DNA of 64,000 nucleotides, from NCBI GenBank assembly GCA_018436095.1, contig JAHDMJ010000008.1, positions 230,518 to 294,517 on the forward strand. The letters run 5' to 3'. The first letter of the stretch is position 1. Every line of letters starts with the position of its first letter. The notes below the pieces were generated by a model. That model made no database searches, had not been told where the DNA came from, and was given only the letters and a program-made list of their open reading frames with translations. Positions 34,135-44,342 of this stretch are shown in pieces. Origin of the DNA: Clostridia bacterium. GTDB taxonomy: Bacteria; Bacillota; Peptococcia; DRI-13; UBA5745. The translations under genes and the position numbers were made by a program.

Positions 34135-34838
34135 TGAGAGAAGCGGTATTGCGGGGAGAAAACCTGGGCCGCTATTATGGAGGCAGCGGCTTTAGCGTTA
34201 CGGCATTGGCCGGGGCGGCTTTTGAGATTTATGCCGGTGAATTCATAGCGGTGCTGGGACCTTCCGGCTCCGGCAAATCCACGCTGTTAAACATCCTGGG
34301 AGGTATGGACCGGCCCAGCGAAGGGCGGTTTTGGTATAAGGACCAGGAGATAACCCATTACTCCCAGGAGAAATTGGCGGACTACCGCCGGGATGTAGTG
34401 GGCTTTGTCTTCCAATTTTTTAATCTGATTCCTTCATTGACAGCCCTGGAAAATGTGGATTTGTCCGCCAGCATCGTGAAAAATGCCATGGCGCCGAAAG
34501 AAGTATTAGGAATGGTAGGCCTTGAGGGCCGGGAAAGCCATTTCCCGGCCCAGCTTTCCGGCGGCGAGCAGCAGCGGGTAGCCATTGCCAGAGCTATCGT
34601 CAAGCAGCCGGGGCTGCTTTTATGCGACGAGCCTACCGGGGCCCTGGATAGCAAAAACAGCGCCGCCATTATCAAGCTGCTTATCGATATAGGCCAAAAG
34701 CTCCATTGCCCGGTTATTGTCATCACCCATGACTTGTCCATTGCAAAAGTGGCCCACCGGATATTTTATATGAAGGACGGCCGGATAGAGCGCCAGGAGG
34801 TTAATGACCGGCCTCTGTCCCCGGAAGAACTGGCATGA
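34134..34838 (+). CDS. ABC transporter ATP-binding protein (MacB/LolD-type)
   Basis: Walker A GPSGSGKST, signature LSGGEQQRVAIARA, Walker B LLLCDEPT. The TGATG start overlaps the tetR stop. Confidence 0.9.
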   Translation: MREAVLRGENLGRYYGGSGFSVTALAGAAFEIYAGEFIAVLGPSGSGKSTLLNILGGMDRPSEGRFWYKDQEITHYSQEKLADYRRDVVGFVFQFFNLIPSLTALENVDLSASIVKNAMAPKEVLGMVGLEGRESHFPAQLSGGEQQRVAIARAIVKQPGLLLCDEPTGALDSKNSAAIIKLLIDIGQKLHCPVIVITHDLSIAKVAHRIFYMKDGRIERQEVNDRPLSPEELA

Positions 34839-37201
34839 TAAGATTATTATTTTTAAAAATGTTCAGAGAAATCAGAAGAAGTGCAGGCACCTACGGCGTT
34901 TGTATCCTGATCATCGCCATCGGCTTTTGCGGCTACTCGGTGCTGGCCATTGCTTCCGATAAGCTGACGGCGGCCAGTCAGAGCTTTTACCGCCAAACCT
35001 CCTTTCCTGACGCCATAGCCGAGGTGGAGTCGGCGCCTTTGCAGGCTGCCAAAAAGCTGCTGGCCATCGAGGGTGTGGAGCGGGTGGAGGGCCGGCTGAC
35101 GGCAACCCTGCGGGTGGCGGGACTGACAGAGGAAGACAGCATCAAAGAGGCCGAACTGAAGCTCTTTTCCTTAGGCCCGGAAAAAATGGCCATGCCCCTG
35201 CTTTCCCAGGGCCAAATACCCCGGCCCGGCCTGCGGGAGCTGGCTATCGGCGATAACTTCATGGCGGCCAATGGCCTGAAAGTGGGCCAGGACGTGGAAC
35301 TGGTGGTCCAGGGCCGCAAGCTGAGCTTTACCATTTGCGGCGGCGGACTGTCGCCGGAAAATATTTATATGCTCAAATCCATCAGTGATCTGCTGCCGGA
35401 TCCTGCCGGCTATGACGCGGGCTTCATCAGCTATGATACGCTATCGAAGCTCTTGGGCAAGCCGGGCATGGCTAATGAATTTCTGATTATGCTGAAGCCC
35501 GGCGCCGTCTGGGAGGAGGTCAAGGAAGAAATTCGCAATACTCTTGAGCCTTACGGTTGCTATCAGGTATATCCCCGCAAAGATCAATCTTCTGTGGCTA
35601 TGCTGGAAATGGAGCTGGAGCAGTTAGTGAAAATGACGCTGGTGGTGCCTTTCCTGTTTCTGATGGTAGCTGCGGTAATCCTTTATATATCCTTACACCG
35701 GATGGTACAGCAGCAAAGGCTGCAGATCGGCTGCATGCTGGCCATCGGCTTAAAGCCTAAGGTCATCCGGCGGCATTATCTGGGCTACGGCGCAGCAGTA
35801 GGTTTTGCCGGCGGTCTTTTGGGTATTCTGCTTGGCTATGCCGCCGCCGACCCTATGGTGGAATTCTACCGGACCTATTTCAGTCTGCCGGATATCAACG
35901 TACCCGTTTCCCTGGACTATATGGTGACGGGCCCTTTAATGGCCACTGTGTTTTGTGCAGGCATCGGCTGGCTGACGGCTTTTCAACTGGGTAATCTGAT
36001 GCCGGCGGAGACACTGCGGCCTCCGTCGCCGAAAGCTGCCCGCCAGTCTTTTTTGGAAAGAATCCCTCATTTTCTTTCCCTGCTGACGGTTCCCGGCATT
36101 ATGGCCTTGCGGGGCATTGCCCGAAACCGCCGCCGCTCCCTGCTTTCCATAGGGGGTATTGCCATGGCCTATATGATCACCGCTACGTTGGTATCCATGT
36201 ACAGCATGTTTGATATCTTTCTCTTTGATTATTTGGAGGTTACCCAAAAGCAGGATATTTCCATCCATTTTGAAAGGCCGGTGGAGGGCCGGCAAGCCCT
36301 GGGAGCTTTGCGCCATCCGGCAGTGGAATATGCCGAGGGCATCATTGAGTTCGGCGGCACATTAAAGGGGCCGGAGGGCAAAATCACCGCTTCCTTACAG
36401 GGAATTAACCGGGATTCCCGGCTCTTTCAGCTTTATGACGAGGCCGACCGGCCCCTGCAGGTTCAGGAAAGAGGAATAGTGATTTCCACTCACATGGCCA
36501 ACTCCCTGGGAGTCGGCATTGGGGATTACCTGGAGCTGGAACTGGAATACCCGAGAAAAAGGCAGGCTAAGATTGCGGTAACCGGTGTGGCCGCTCAATA
36601 TGTCGGCAGCACAGCTTATCTTTCCCACGAAGGGGTGAGGGCCGTCAGTGATTATGGCGGCGCCTACACCACGGTGCTGGTAAAAGGCAATCAGGGGGCG
36701 GCCAAAGAAATTGCGGCAGCTTTGGATGAGGCTAAGTTGGTTAGCGCCGTCACCAGCCGCCAGGAAAAGCTGGATATGTACCGGAGCACCATGGGCAATA
36801 TGAACGGTATTATGGCCTCTATGGCCATGATCGGCGTGATCATTGGTTTAGCGGTGGTTTACGTCAGCTCCCTGATCAGCTTTGAGGAGCTGAAACGGGA
36901 GATTGCAGTGATGATGGCTCTGGGCATGAAAAGTAAGCAATGCCTGGAGGTGGTTTCCGTAGAGCAGGGGCTGTTGACTGTGGCCGGCATTATCCTGGGC
37001 ATTCCCCTGACTATGTGGATGAGCGGATTGATTTCCGTTTCCATTGCTACCGATATGTTCACTATTCCAAGCTTTGTGGACGCCTCATCTCTTTTTCTTT
37101 CGGTTTTTCTAATTTTAATGGCAGTCTGGATCAGCGGCAAACTTATGCATCGCAAAATTAAAAAAATAGCACCGGTAGTCTTATTGCGGGAAAGGGAGTA
37201 G
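34835..37201 (+). CDS. ABC transporter permease, FtsX-like (two FtsX domains)
   Basis: A 788-aa polytopic protein with large extracytoplasmic loops. It overlaps the ATPase gene by 4 nt (ATGA). Confidence 0.85.
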   Translation: MIRLLFLKMFREIRRSAGTYGVCILIIAIGFCGYSVLAIASDKLTAASQSFYRQTSFPDAIAEVESAPLQAAKKLLAIEGVERVEGRLTATLRVAGLTEEDSIKEAELKLFSLGPEKMAMPLLSQGQIPRPGLRELAIGDNFMAANGLKVGQDVELVVQGRKLSFTICGGGLSPENIYMLKSISDLLPDPAGYDAGFISYDTLSKLLGKPGMANEFLIMLKPGAVWEEVKEEIRNTLEPYGCYQVYPRKDQSSVAMLEMELEQLVKMTLVVPFLFLMVAAVILYISLHRMVQQQRLQIGCMLAIGLKPKVIRRHYLGYGAAVGFAGGLLGILLGYAAADPMVEFYRTYFSLPDINVPVSLDYMVTGPLMATVFCAGIGWLTAFQLGNLMPAETLRPPSPKAARQSFLERIPHFLSLLTVPGIMALRGIARNRRRSLLSIGGIAMAYMITATLVSMYSMFDIFLFDYLEVTQKQDISIHFERPVEGRQALGALRHPAVEYAEGIIEFGGTLKGPEGKITASLQGINRDSRLFQLYDEADRPLQVQERGIVISTHMANSLGVGIGDYLELELEYPRKRQAKIAVTGVAAQYVGSTAYLSHEGVRAVSDYGGAYTTVLVKGNQGAAKEIAAALDEAKLVSAVTSRQEKLDMYRSTMGNMNGIMASMAMIGVIIGLAVVYVSSLISFEELKREIAVMMALGMKSKQCLEVVSVEQGLLTVAGIILGIPLTMWMSGLISVSIATDMFTIPSFVDASSLFLSVFLILMAVWISGKLMHRKIKKIAPVVLLRERE

Positions 37202-37206
37202 AGCAC

Positions 37207-38421
37207 ATGAAAAAACAATATAAAATCATTTTGGCCGTAATTTTAGCGGTGATTTGCCTCGGTTATGCAGGCTGGTCCATGACCCGGCCCCTGACGGTGA
37301 AGACTTCAACCTTGGCTGCCGGTACTTTACAGGAGAAGTATGCTGTGCAGGGAACTCTGCTGCCTAAAAACAGCCTGATTCTCAACGCCGGTGTAAGCGG
37401 AATTATAGCCAGGCTGCCTTTTCCGGCGGGCCAGCCGGTGAAAGCCGGTGAGACGGTGGCAGTGCTCAGCGGTGAAAGCGATCCCGAAACGGAGCTGCGG
37501 CTGGCTCAGTTGCGGCAAGGCCTGGCGGCAGCCCGGCAGGAATATGCTGCCCGCTATGGCGACAAAGGCGCCATCCGGGCCAATCTGGAGCTGGCTCAAG
37601 GGGAGTACGACAGAGCAAAATGGGATTACGATGCTGTTCTTAAGATGAATGAGGCCATTCCCGGCACTTATACGGAAGCGGAAACCAAAGGGCTGGAAAA
37701 CCGTTTGTCAGCGGCAGAGCAGAATTTGGCGTTGGCGGAGCGGGAAAACAGCGAGGCTACCAAAGCCTATTATCAAGAGCAGATTACCTCCTGGGAAAGC
37801 CAGATTGCCTCCTTGGAAAAAACCCTGGAAGCCAATCCGGTAACGGCTCCCTATGACGGCGTTTTGTGGGAGCTTTTTGTGGAAGAAGGGACCTATGTAT
37901 CAAAATATCAGCCCCTGGTCAAACTTTATGGTCAAGGGGAGATGAAGCTGGAGGCCGGGGTATTGACGGAAGACGCCATGAGGCTGTCCGCCGGTGACAC
38001 TGCTTACTGTACCTTGGCCGATGGTACGGAATTCACTGCTGAAGTTGTCTATATTTCTCCCGTAGCCAACAAAGGTTTATCCGCTATCGGCATAGAGGAA
38101 AGCCGCAATACGATTGAACTGGCTCCCGGCCCGCTGCCGGCATCTGTAGGCGCCGGCCATCAGGTGGATATTGTCTTTACCAATGTGCAAGCGGAAAATG
38201 TGCTGACGGCTCCTCTGTCCTCCATTATTCCTTTAGCTTCGGGAGAGGACGGGGTTTATGTGATAAAAGACAAGAAGGCTATACTAACGCCGGTGGTAAC
38301 GGGGAAAACAGGCGGCGGCTATGTGGAACTGTCCTCCGGTGTGGGGGCAGGAGACCTGCTGATTTTGGATCCCTTTGATCAGGGCGTTAAAGAGGGCATG
38401 AAAGTCATCGCAGAAAATTAA
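37207..38421 (+). CDS. HlyD/efflux-adaptor family periplasmic adaptor subunit
   Basis: An N-terminal anchor, a lipoyl-like segment, a long coiled-coil hairpin and a beta-barrel C-terminus. It follows the MacB-like genes. Confidence 0.8.
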   Translation: MKKQYKIILAVILAVICLGYAGWSMTRPLTVKTSTLAAGTLQEKYAVQGTLLPKNSLILNAGVSGIIARLPFPAGQPVKAGETVAVLSGESDPETELRLAQLRQGLAAARQEYAARYGDKGAIRANLELAQGEYDRAKWDYDAVLKMNEAIPGTYTEAETKGLENRLSAAEQNLALAERENSEATKAYYQEQITSWESQIASLEKTLEANPVTAPYDGVLWELFVEEGTYVSKYQPLVKLYGQGEMKLEAGVLTEDAMRLSAGDTAYCTLADGTEFTAEVVYISPVANKGLSAIGIEESRNTIELAPGPLPASVGAGHQVDIVFTNVQAENVLTAPLSSIIPLASGEDGVYVIKDKKAILTPVVTGKTGGGYVELSSGVGAGDLLILDPFDQGVKEGMKVIAEN

Positions 38422-38502
38422 GGTTGAAGCAAAAAGTTTAAGTTGAAATGATGGGCCTGCAGCCGCTAAAATAGAGCCAAAAGCAGAAGGGGAGTGCAGG
38501 GG

Positions 38503-39180
38503 ATGGAAGAAAAGTTTATTCCGGAGTTTAGCGGCAATTTACGCAGCCATATGATCAAAATACCTGAGAATATTTATAAATGCGGCGGTATCCGTATTTT
38601 TGGCAAACGCATTAAGTCCATTGTTTTTACCACGGATGTGGCGGTGATCCGCAATATCAATGCCGATGCGGTTATTGCCGTATATCCCTTTACGCCTCAG
38701 CCTATTATCACCCATGCCTTGATGATGGCGGCGGATATTCCCGTGTTTTGCGGTGTGGGAGGCGGTACCACCACCGGCAGCCGGGTGGTGCAGCTAGCCT
38801 CCGACGCCGAATTTCAAGGCGCCATGGGCGTGGTGGTTAATGCTCCTACGCCCAACAGCACCATTGAGGCCATTCATCAAGTAGTGGATATTCCTGTGGT
38901 GGTCACCGTGGTCAGTGAGAAGAACGATATACGGGGCCGTCTGGAGGCCGGCGCTGCCATTCTTAATGTCTCGTCGTCGGTACAGACTCCCTGGCTGGTG
39001 GAAAAAATCCGGCGCCAGTTCCCCGAGGTGCCGATTATCGCCACCGGCGGCCCCACCGAGCAGTCCATTTTGGATACCATAAATGCCGGCGCCAACGCCA
39101 TTACCTGGACGCCGCCTACCCCGGGAGAATTATTTAAGGAAATGATGGAGCGCTACCGCAGGCAGAGCGATATCGAGTAA
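38503..39180 (+). CDS. conserved hypothetical protein (alternating beta/alpha pattern, possibly barrel-like)
   Basis: A long ORF with good coding look (GVGGGTTTGS, IIATGGPT). I do not recognise a family. Confidence 0.4.
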   Translation: MEEKFIPEFSGNLRSHMIKIPENIYKCGGIRIFGKRIKSIVFTTDVAVIRNINADAVIAVYPFTPQPIITHALMMAADIPVFCGVGGGTTTGSRVVQLASDAEFQGAMGVVVNAPTPNSTIEAIHQVVDIPVVVTVVSEKNDIRGRLEAGAAILNVSSSVQTPWLVEKIRRQFPEVPIIATGGPTEQSILDTINAGANAITWTPPTPGELFKEMMERYRRQSDIE

Positions 39181-39300
39181 AAAAGGGACAAGCCTTACAA
39201 AATGAAGAGATTCAGAAAGAATATTTTTACAAAAACGGCTACCGCTGTTGATTTAATTATGATATACTAATGGATAATAGACAGCGAGGAGGGTATTCAT

Positions 39301-39738
39301 ATGGCATTTTTTGATAAAGCTCTCGAACTTGGTAAAAAGGTAGGAGAAACCACGGCATCTGTTGCCAAGTCAGCAGCTATGGCAGCTAAAGAAAAGTCAG
39401 AGCAAGCCATTGAGATCGGTAAGCTGAAAAAAGACATTATGGTGGAAAACGGCAAGATCACCAAGCTTTATGAAGATATCGGCAAGCATGCTTACGACAT
39501 TTATTGCAGCTCCCAGGACTACTCCGTGCTGGAACCCTTGTTCTTACAGATCAGCGGCAGCCTGTCCAGGATTGAGGAATGCAAGGCCAAGATCGAAGAA
39601 GTGAAGCTGTCTTCCAATATTGAGGACGACGATGATATTCTCGTAGATGAGGAATATTTGCCGGCAGATCCTGATGCTATTCTGGAAGATGAGATTAAGG
39701 ATACCCCTCAGGACTATGTTTCAAGCAACGAGGAGTAA
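39301..39738 (+). CDS. hypothetical acidic coiled-coil protein
   Basis: The ORF is preceded by GAGGAGGG and followed by a terminator. I recognise no family. Confidence 0.4.
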   Translation: MAFFDKALELGKKVGETTASVAKSAAMAAKEKSEQAIEIGKLKKDIMVENGKITKLYEDIGKHAYDIYCSSQDYSVLEPLFLQISGSLSRIEECKAKIEEVKLSSNIEDDDDILVDEEYLPADPDAILEDEIKDTPQDYVSSNEE

Positions 39739-39765
39739 AAAGAATAAAATAGCAAGATAAAATGA

Positions 39766-39807
39766 AAGCCAAGCTGAGATGCTATTTCTCCGGCTTGGCT
39801 TTTTTTG
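39766..39807 (+). terminator. intrinsic terminator
   Basis: The stem AGCCAAGC (39767-39774) / GCTTGGCT (39793-39800) is followed by TTTTTT. Confidence 0.7.
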
Positions 39808-39913
39808 TGGGCGCCTGCGGCCTTCTTTTAGGCGATCAATTTACACAATTTTGGGGCTGATCCCTTGTAGCGGACAAGGAAATTGCCCAGCCGAGGCGGG
39901 GCAGTGCTTTCGG

Positions 39914-40157
39914 TGTACAAAATTTCCGCTTATACGCTATTGAAGAAGATCAGCTGTACAAAATTTTCGTTTGTGAGTAGAGTGCAAAGTCCAGGCAGTC
40001 AGTGAACTTGCCCATAAACGCAATAAATGCACCGATTTGGGTTGAAACTAATCTGAACCGGCCCGGATTTGGCCCGGCAGTGCTTGCAATTTACATACAA
40101 GTGGAAAAATTGTACAGGCAGAAGCCTGAAGCTGCATACAGACGAAAAAAATGTACA
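39914..40157. repeat. four copies of a 22-bp motif (TGTACAWWWTTTYCRYYTRTRW): two direct, two inverted
   Basis: Copies lie at 39914-39935 and 39955-39976 (+) and at 40095-40116 and 40136-40157 (-). The spacing within each pair is exactly 41 bp. Confidence 0.6.
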
Positions 40158-40272
40158 GGAATGTCCTGCCGCCAGATCCCTGGCGCTCCTGTGGTTCCCA
40201 AGCCCCCTGCCCCGAAAAACCTAAAGCAGATTTTGGCTCGGTCTGGCTAGGGCATGCTATAAAACTTTTTCC

Positions 40273-40590
40273 TTGACATCTTAAAATCCCTGGCGTATAA
40301 TTTGCCACAACAGAATACCCACAAACCTATGACTGAGAAGAGTACCCTATTTCAAGCCTACTCAAAGAGAGCCGCCGCCGGTGAGAGTGCGGTAGTAGCG
40401 AAGCAGGGGAATGGACTCACGAGGGCGGCAAGAAAGCACAAGCGAGTAATGGCCGACGGGATCTTCACCCGTTATGAAGGAAGCATGCATGTTGGTGCAT
40501 GGAGCAAGTGGGCGAGTTTTCGCCAATTTGGGTGGTACCGCAGAAGTTCACGCTTTTGTCCCTTTATAGGGACAGAAGCGTTTTTTTATT
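40273..40590 (+). promoter_or_regulatory. promoter plus Trp-specific T-box leader of the trp operon
   Basis: TTGACA (40273-40278), a 17-nt spacer, TATAAT (40296-40301). A specifier-like GAA-UGG-A has UGG at 40412-40414. The T-box sequence AATTTGGGTGGTACCGCAG lies at 40525-40543. The terminator CGCTTTTGTCCCT/AGGGACAGAAGCG plus T7 runs to ~40587. The track ORF 40302-40697 is this leader. Confidence 0.85.
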
Positions 40591-40709
40591 GCAGCGAAGG
40601 AGGGATTCAATTGAAATTAGAGCAGAGACGATGGCGGCCGTACCTCTATAACTCACAACCCCATAAACATAAACACAATATTCTAATGCAAACATAGCGT
40701 ACTGAAAGG

Positions 40710-41768
40710 ATGAAAACGATGATTACCAATATATTGAGCAAATTGACAAAGCAAATGGAGCTGACCAGTGAGGAAATTTCCGGCCTGATCAGGGCTATCA
40801 ACGAAGATAAAATCAGCCCGGTACAGATTGCCGGCTTCCAGGTGGCCTTAATGATGAAAGGTCCCACTCTGGCGGAAGTCTCGGCTATTGCTCAAGCCAT
40901 GCGGGACAATTGTGTCCAGCTTTCTCCCAAGGTGCCCGGCGATCTCATGGATACCTGCGGTACCGGCGGCGGCTTGTCCACTTTCAATATCTCCACCGCC
41001 GTAGCTATTGTAGCGGCGGCGGCAGGTATCCCGGTAGCTAAGCACGGCAGCCGTTCCATATCCAGCCTTTCCGGCAGCGCCGATGTGCTGGAGGCTCTGG
41101 ATGTGGCTATTGACCTTGATCCCGCTGACGCTTCCAAAATGATGGAAGATATCGGCATCGCCTTTTTGTATGCGCCTCTGTTTCATCCCGTTATGGGCAA
41201 AGTGCTGCCGCCGGAGACGGAACTGGGCATTAAGACTATTTTTTACACCATTATCGGGCCGCTAATTAATCCGGCGGGAGCAAAGCTGCACCTCATGGGC
41301 GTATATAAGCCGGAGTTGTTAGAAACCGTAAGCCAGGTGGCCCGCAATCTGGGCTACCGGCGGGGGCTCTTTGTTCATGGTACCGACGGTTTGGATGAAA
41401 TTTCTCTGCTGGGTCCGACTCTTATCCATGAGCTGAGGGACGGCGAAATAAGCCGTTATGAAATCACCCCGGAACAATTCGGCCTGAGCCGCTGTACCAT
41501 TGCCGATATTGCAACGGGTACGCCTGCGGAAAATGCCCATACTATCCGTCAGGTCTTTGCCGGCGTCGACAAAGGTCCCCGCCGTGACTCCATTTTGCTG
41601 AATGCAGCGGGAGCCCTGTATGTAGGGGGGCTTGCTGAGAGCGTTGCCCAGGGCCTGACTATGGCTGCCGGCCTGATTGACAGCGGCAAAGCCCAGTCAA
41701 AATTGCAGCAGCTATCCGAGACTTCCAACATGTATGCCGGAAAGAAAAGGGAGAAGGAGTCGGCATGA
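40710..41768 (+). CDS. trpD: anthranilate phosphoribosyltransferase
   Basis: The sequence shows canonical TrpD features, including DTCGTGGG and KHGSRSISS. Confidence 0.9.
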   Translation: MKTMITNILSKLTKQMELTSEEISGLIRAINEDKISPVQIAGFQVALMMKGPTLAEVSAIAQAMRDNCVQLSPKVPGDLMDTCGTGGGLSTFNISTAVAIVAAAAGIPVAKHGSRSISSLSGSADVLEALDVAIDLDPADASKMMEDIGIAFLYAPLFHPVMGKVLPPETELGIKTIFYTIIGPLINPAGAKLHLMGVYKPELLETVSQVARNLGYRRGLFVHGTDGLDEISLLGPTLIHELRDGEISRYEITPEQFGLSRCTIADIATGTPAENAHTIRQVFAGVDKGPRRDSILLNAAGALYVGGLAESVAQGLTMAAGLIDSGKAQSKLQQLSETSNMYAGKKREKESA

Positions 41769-42454
41769 GGTTTAGCAGTGAGCTTGAAAAAAGAAAAGCT
41801 GCCGGTCTTTTAACGGTAATCCCTGACCTGAAGCGCAAATCTCCCAAGGAGGGAGATTTGTTCAAAGGCAGAGAACTCCGGGAGCTGGCCGAAGCCTTGC
41901 AGGACGCCGGTGCGCCTGTTCTGTCGGTGGTCACCGAAGCCCGGCATTTTGAGGGCTCTCTGACAATGCTAAAGGAGGCCGCTGCCATGGGACTGCCCGT
42001 GCTGCGCAAGGATTTTATCAAAACAGAGCGGGATATCGAAGAGACGGCGGCTGCCGGGGCAGCGGCAGTATTGCTTATCGTCTCAATGCTGGATGAGGAA
42101 ACTCTGGCCCGTTTGTTTGCCAAATGCGGCTCTTGCGGACTGGATGCCCTGGTGGAGGTTCACAATGCCGCGGAACTGGAGATCGCCAATCGGCTAGGCC
42201 CCAAGCTGATGGGAATCAACAACAGAGATATTTTGCGGCTGGAAAAAGATAATGGTACAGTGACCAATACCGCCGCCCTGGCGCCTCTGGTCAAAAGGCC
42301 GGCCTTGGTGATCAGCGAAAGCGCCATTAATGACCGGGCGGATGTGCAGATGGCCTTGGCCGCCGGCGCCGATGCTGTGCTGGTGGGTACCGCCCTTTTG
42401 CAGGCAGCGGATACCGGCGCTAAATATAGAGAATTGCAGGCGGCTCTGCCATGA
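41765..42454 (+). CDS. trpC: indole-3-glycerol phosphate synthase (short form, 229 aa)
   Basis: LTVIPDLKRKSPKEG, LRKDFI, EVHN, GINNRD and SESAI are IGPS signatures. It overlaps its neighbours by 4 nt on each side. Confidence 0.85.
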   Translation: MRFSSELEKRKAAGLLTVIPDLKRKSPKEGDLFKGRELRELAEALQDAGAPVLSVVTEARHFEGSLTMLKEAAAMGLPVLRKDFIKTERDIEETAAAGAAAVLLIVSMLDEETLARLFAKCGSCGLDALVEVHNAAELEIANRLGPKLMGINNRDILRLEKDNGTVTNTAALAPLVKRPALVISESAINDRADVQMALAAGADAVLVGTALLQAADTGAKYRELQAALP

Positions 42455-43161
42455 TGCCGGTGAAGATCTGCGGCATGACCAATGAAGAGGATATTCTCAT
42501 GTGTTCGCAGCTGGTGGTTCAGGCCCTGGGCCTGGTTGTGGAATATCCCTTGCCTGTTCCCTGGAACCTGACGGCGGAGCAGGCCCAGGCCTTGCGCCGG
42601 GCCATTCCTGCCAACGTAACGGCCTGTATGGTCACCGGCGGCAAGCCGGAGGAGATTATCGCCAGGGCCAAGCAGGTGCGGCCTCAGATGGTGCAATTGC
42701 ACTTTGAAGAGACTCTGGAGGAAACCGCTTATATCGTCGAGGCCCTTGCCACCGAAAACATAGGCGTGATCAAGGCTTTGCGGGTAGGGCCAGAGGGCAG
42801 GCTGCTTTTTGAGATCACCGATCCTGTTGAAGCGGCCCGCCTGCTTAGCCAAACCGGCGTAGCCGCCTTGCTGGTGGATTCCGGCACTGCAAAGCGCCCC
42901 GGCGGCAGCGGCCTGGTTGTGGATCAGGCGATTTATCGGGCCATTGCCGGAGCCAGCAGCCTGCCGGTAATACTGGCGGGAGGGCTGACCGCCCAAAACC
43001 TCCGGGAAATCCTTCCCGCTGATTTGCCGCCCAGTGCAGTGGACGTACTGAGCGGCGTGGAAGCCCGGCCTGGGCAAAAAGACAGAGAAAAGGTCAGTGC
43101 ATTTCTGCATGAAGCAAAATCGCTGCCGAAAAGGAGTGGAAAACTATGGATCAACCCATAA
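42451..43161 (+). CDS. trpF: phosphoribosylanthranilate isomerase
   Basis: VKICGMT at the N-terminus, QLH, LLVDSG and ILAGGL, in trp operon context. Confidence 0.85.
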   Translation: MMPVKICGMTNEEDILMCSQLVVQALGLVVEYPLPVPWNLTAEQAQALRRAIPANVTACMVTGGKPEEIIARAKQVRPQMVQLHFEETLEETAYIVEALATENIGVIKALRVGPEGRLLFEITDPVEAARLLSQTGVAALLVDSGTAKRPGGSGLVVDQAIYRAIAGASSLPVILAGGLTAQNLREILPADLPPSAVDVLSGVEARPGQKDREKVSAFLHEAKSLPKRSGKLWINP

Positions 43162-44342
43162 AAAAAGGACGCTTTGGCCTCCATGGCGGCCAATATGTCC
43201 CTGAAACGCTGATGAACGAGCTGTTGAAGCTGGAACAGGCTTATACTCAAGCAATGGAGGATGCAGAATTCCGGCAGGAGCTCAATAGCTTGCTGACCAA
43301 ATATGCGGGCCGGCCTTCCCTTTTGTACCATGCCAAAAAGATGTCGGCAGATTTAGGCGGCCCCCAAATCTACCTGAAGCGGGAGGATTTGAACCATACC
43401 GGCTCCCATAAAATCAACAATGTGCTGGGCCAGGTGCTTTTAGCAAAGCGTATGGGCAAAACCCGGGTGATTGCCGAAACGGGGGCCGGCCAGCATGGGG
43501 TAGCTACTGCCACGGCTGCCGCTCTCCTGGACCTTGCATGCGTTATCTTTATGGGCAAAGAAGACGTGGAGCGCCAGTTGCTCAACGTTTACCGTATGGA
43601 GCTTTTGGGAGCCACGGTAATACCGGTAACAACGGGAACCATGACATTGAAGGACGCGGTAAACGAAACCATGCGGGAGTGGACCCGGCGGGTGGAGGAT
43701 ACCCTTTATGTGCTGGGATCGGTGATGGGACCTCATCCCTTTCCGACGATGGTTCGGGATTTTCAAAGCGTTATCGGCAGCGAAACCCGGGCCCAGATCC
43801 TAAAAGAAACCGGCAGCCTTCCCGTTGCTGTGCTGGCTTGTGTAGGCGGCGGCAGCAATGCTATGGGTATGTTTTATCCTTTCATTCAGGATGAGGGAGT
43901 GAGGCTGATTGGCTGCGAGGCTGCGGGCCAGGGCATTGAGACGGAGAAGCATGCCGCCACCATTGCCAAAGGCAGCCTGGGGGTCTTCCACGGCATGAAG
44001 TCCTATTTCTGCCAGGATGAGTATGGTCAGATTGCCCCGGTTTATTCTATCTCAGCGGGATTGGATTATCCGGGTATTGGTCCCGAGCATGCCCACCTCT
44101 ATGATAGCGGCCGGGGGGAATACCGGCCCGTCACCGATGAGGAGGCTGTCCAGGCTTTTGAATACCTGGCCCGGACGGAAGGCATCATTTGCGCCATCGA
44201 AAGCGCCCATGCCGTAGCCCAGCTCATGAAAATGGCCAAAGAATTCTCAGCCCAAGACAGTGTTGTAATCTGCCTGTCCGGTAGGGGTGATAAAGACGTG
44301 GCGGCCATTGCCCGGTACAGAGGGAGGAATATCTATGAATAG
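43146..44342 (+). CDS. trpB: tryptophan synthase beta chain
   Basis: [16 protein letters not shown] (PLP lysine motif) and GGGSNAMG are present. Confidence 0.95.
   Translation: MDQPIKKGRFGLHGGQYVPETLMNELLKLEQAYTQAMEDAEFRQELNSLLTKYAGRPSLLYHAKKMSADLGGPQIYLKREDLNHTGSHKINNVLGQVLLAKRMGKTRVIAETGAGQHGVATATAAALLDLACVIFMGKEDVERQLLNVYRMELLGATVIPVTTGTMTLKDAVNETMREWTRRVEDTLYVLGSVMGPHPFPTMVRDFQSVIGSETRAQILKETGSLPVAVLACVGGGSNAMGMFYPFIQDEGVRLIGCEAAGQGIETEKHAATIAKGSLGVFHGMKSYFCQDEYGQIAPVYSISAGLDYPGIGPEHAHLYDSGRGEYRPVTDEEAVQAFEYLARTEGIICAIESAHAVAQLMKMAKEFSAQDSVVICLSGRGDKDVAAIARYRGRNIYE

Noticed and set aside
40302-40697. 131-aa ORF upstream of trpD
   Set aside because: It coincides with the Trp T-box leader (specifier region, T-box sequence and terminator). 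It is RNA, not protein.
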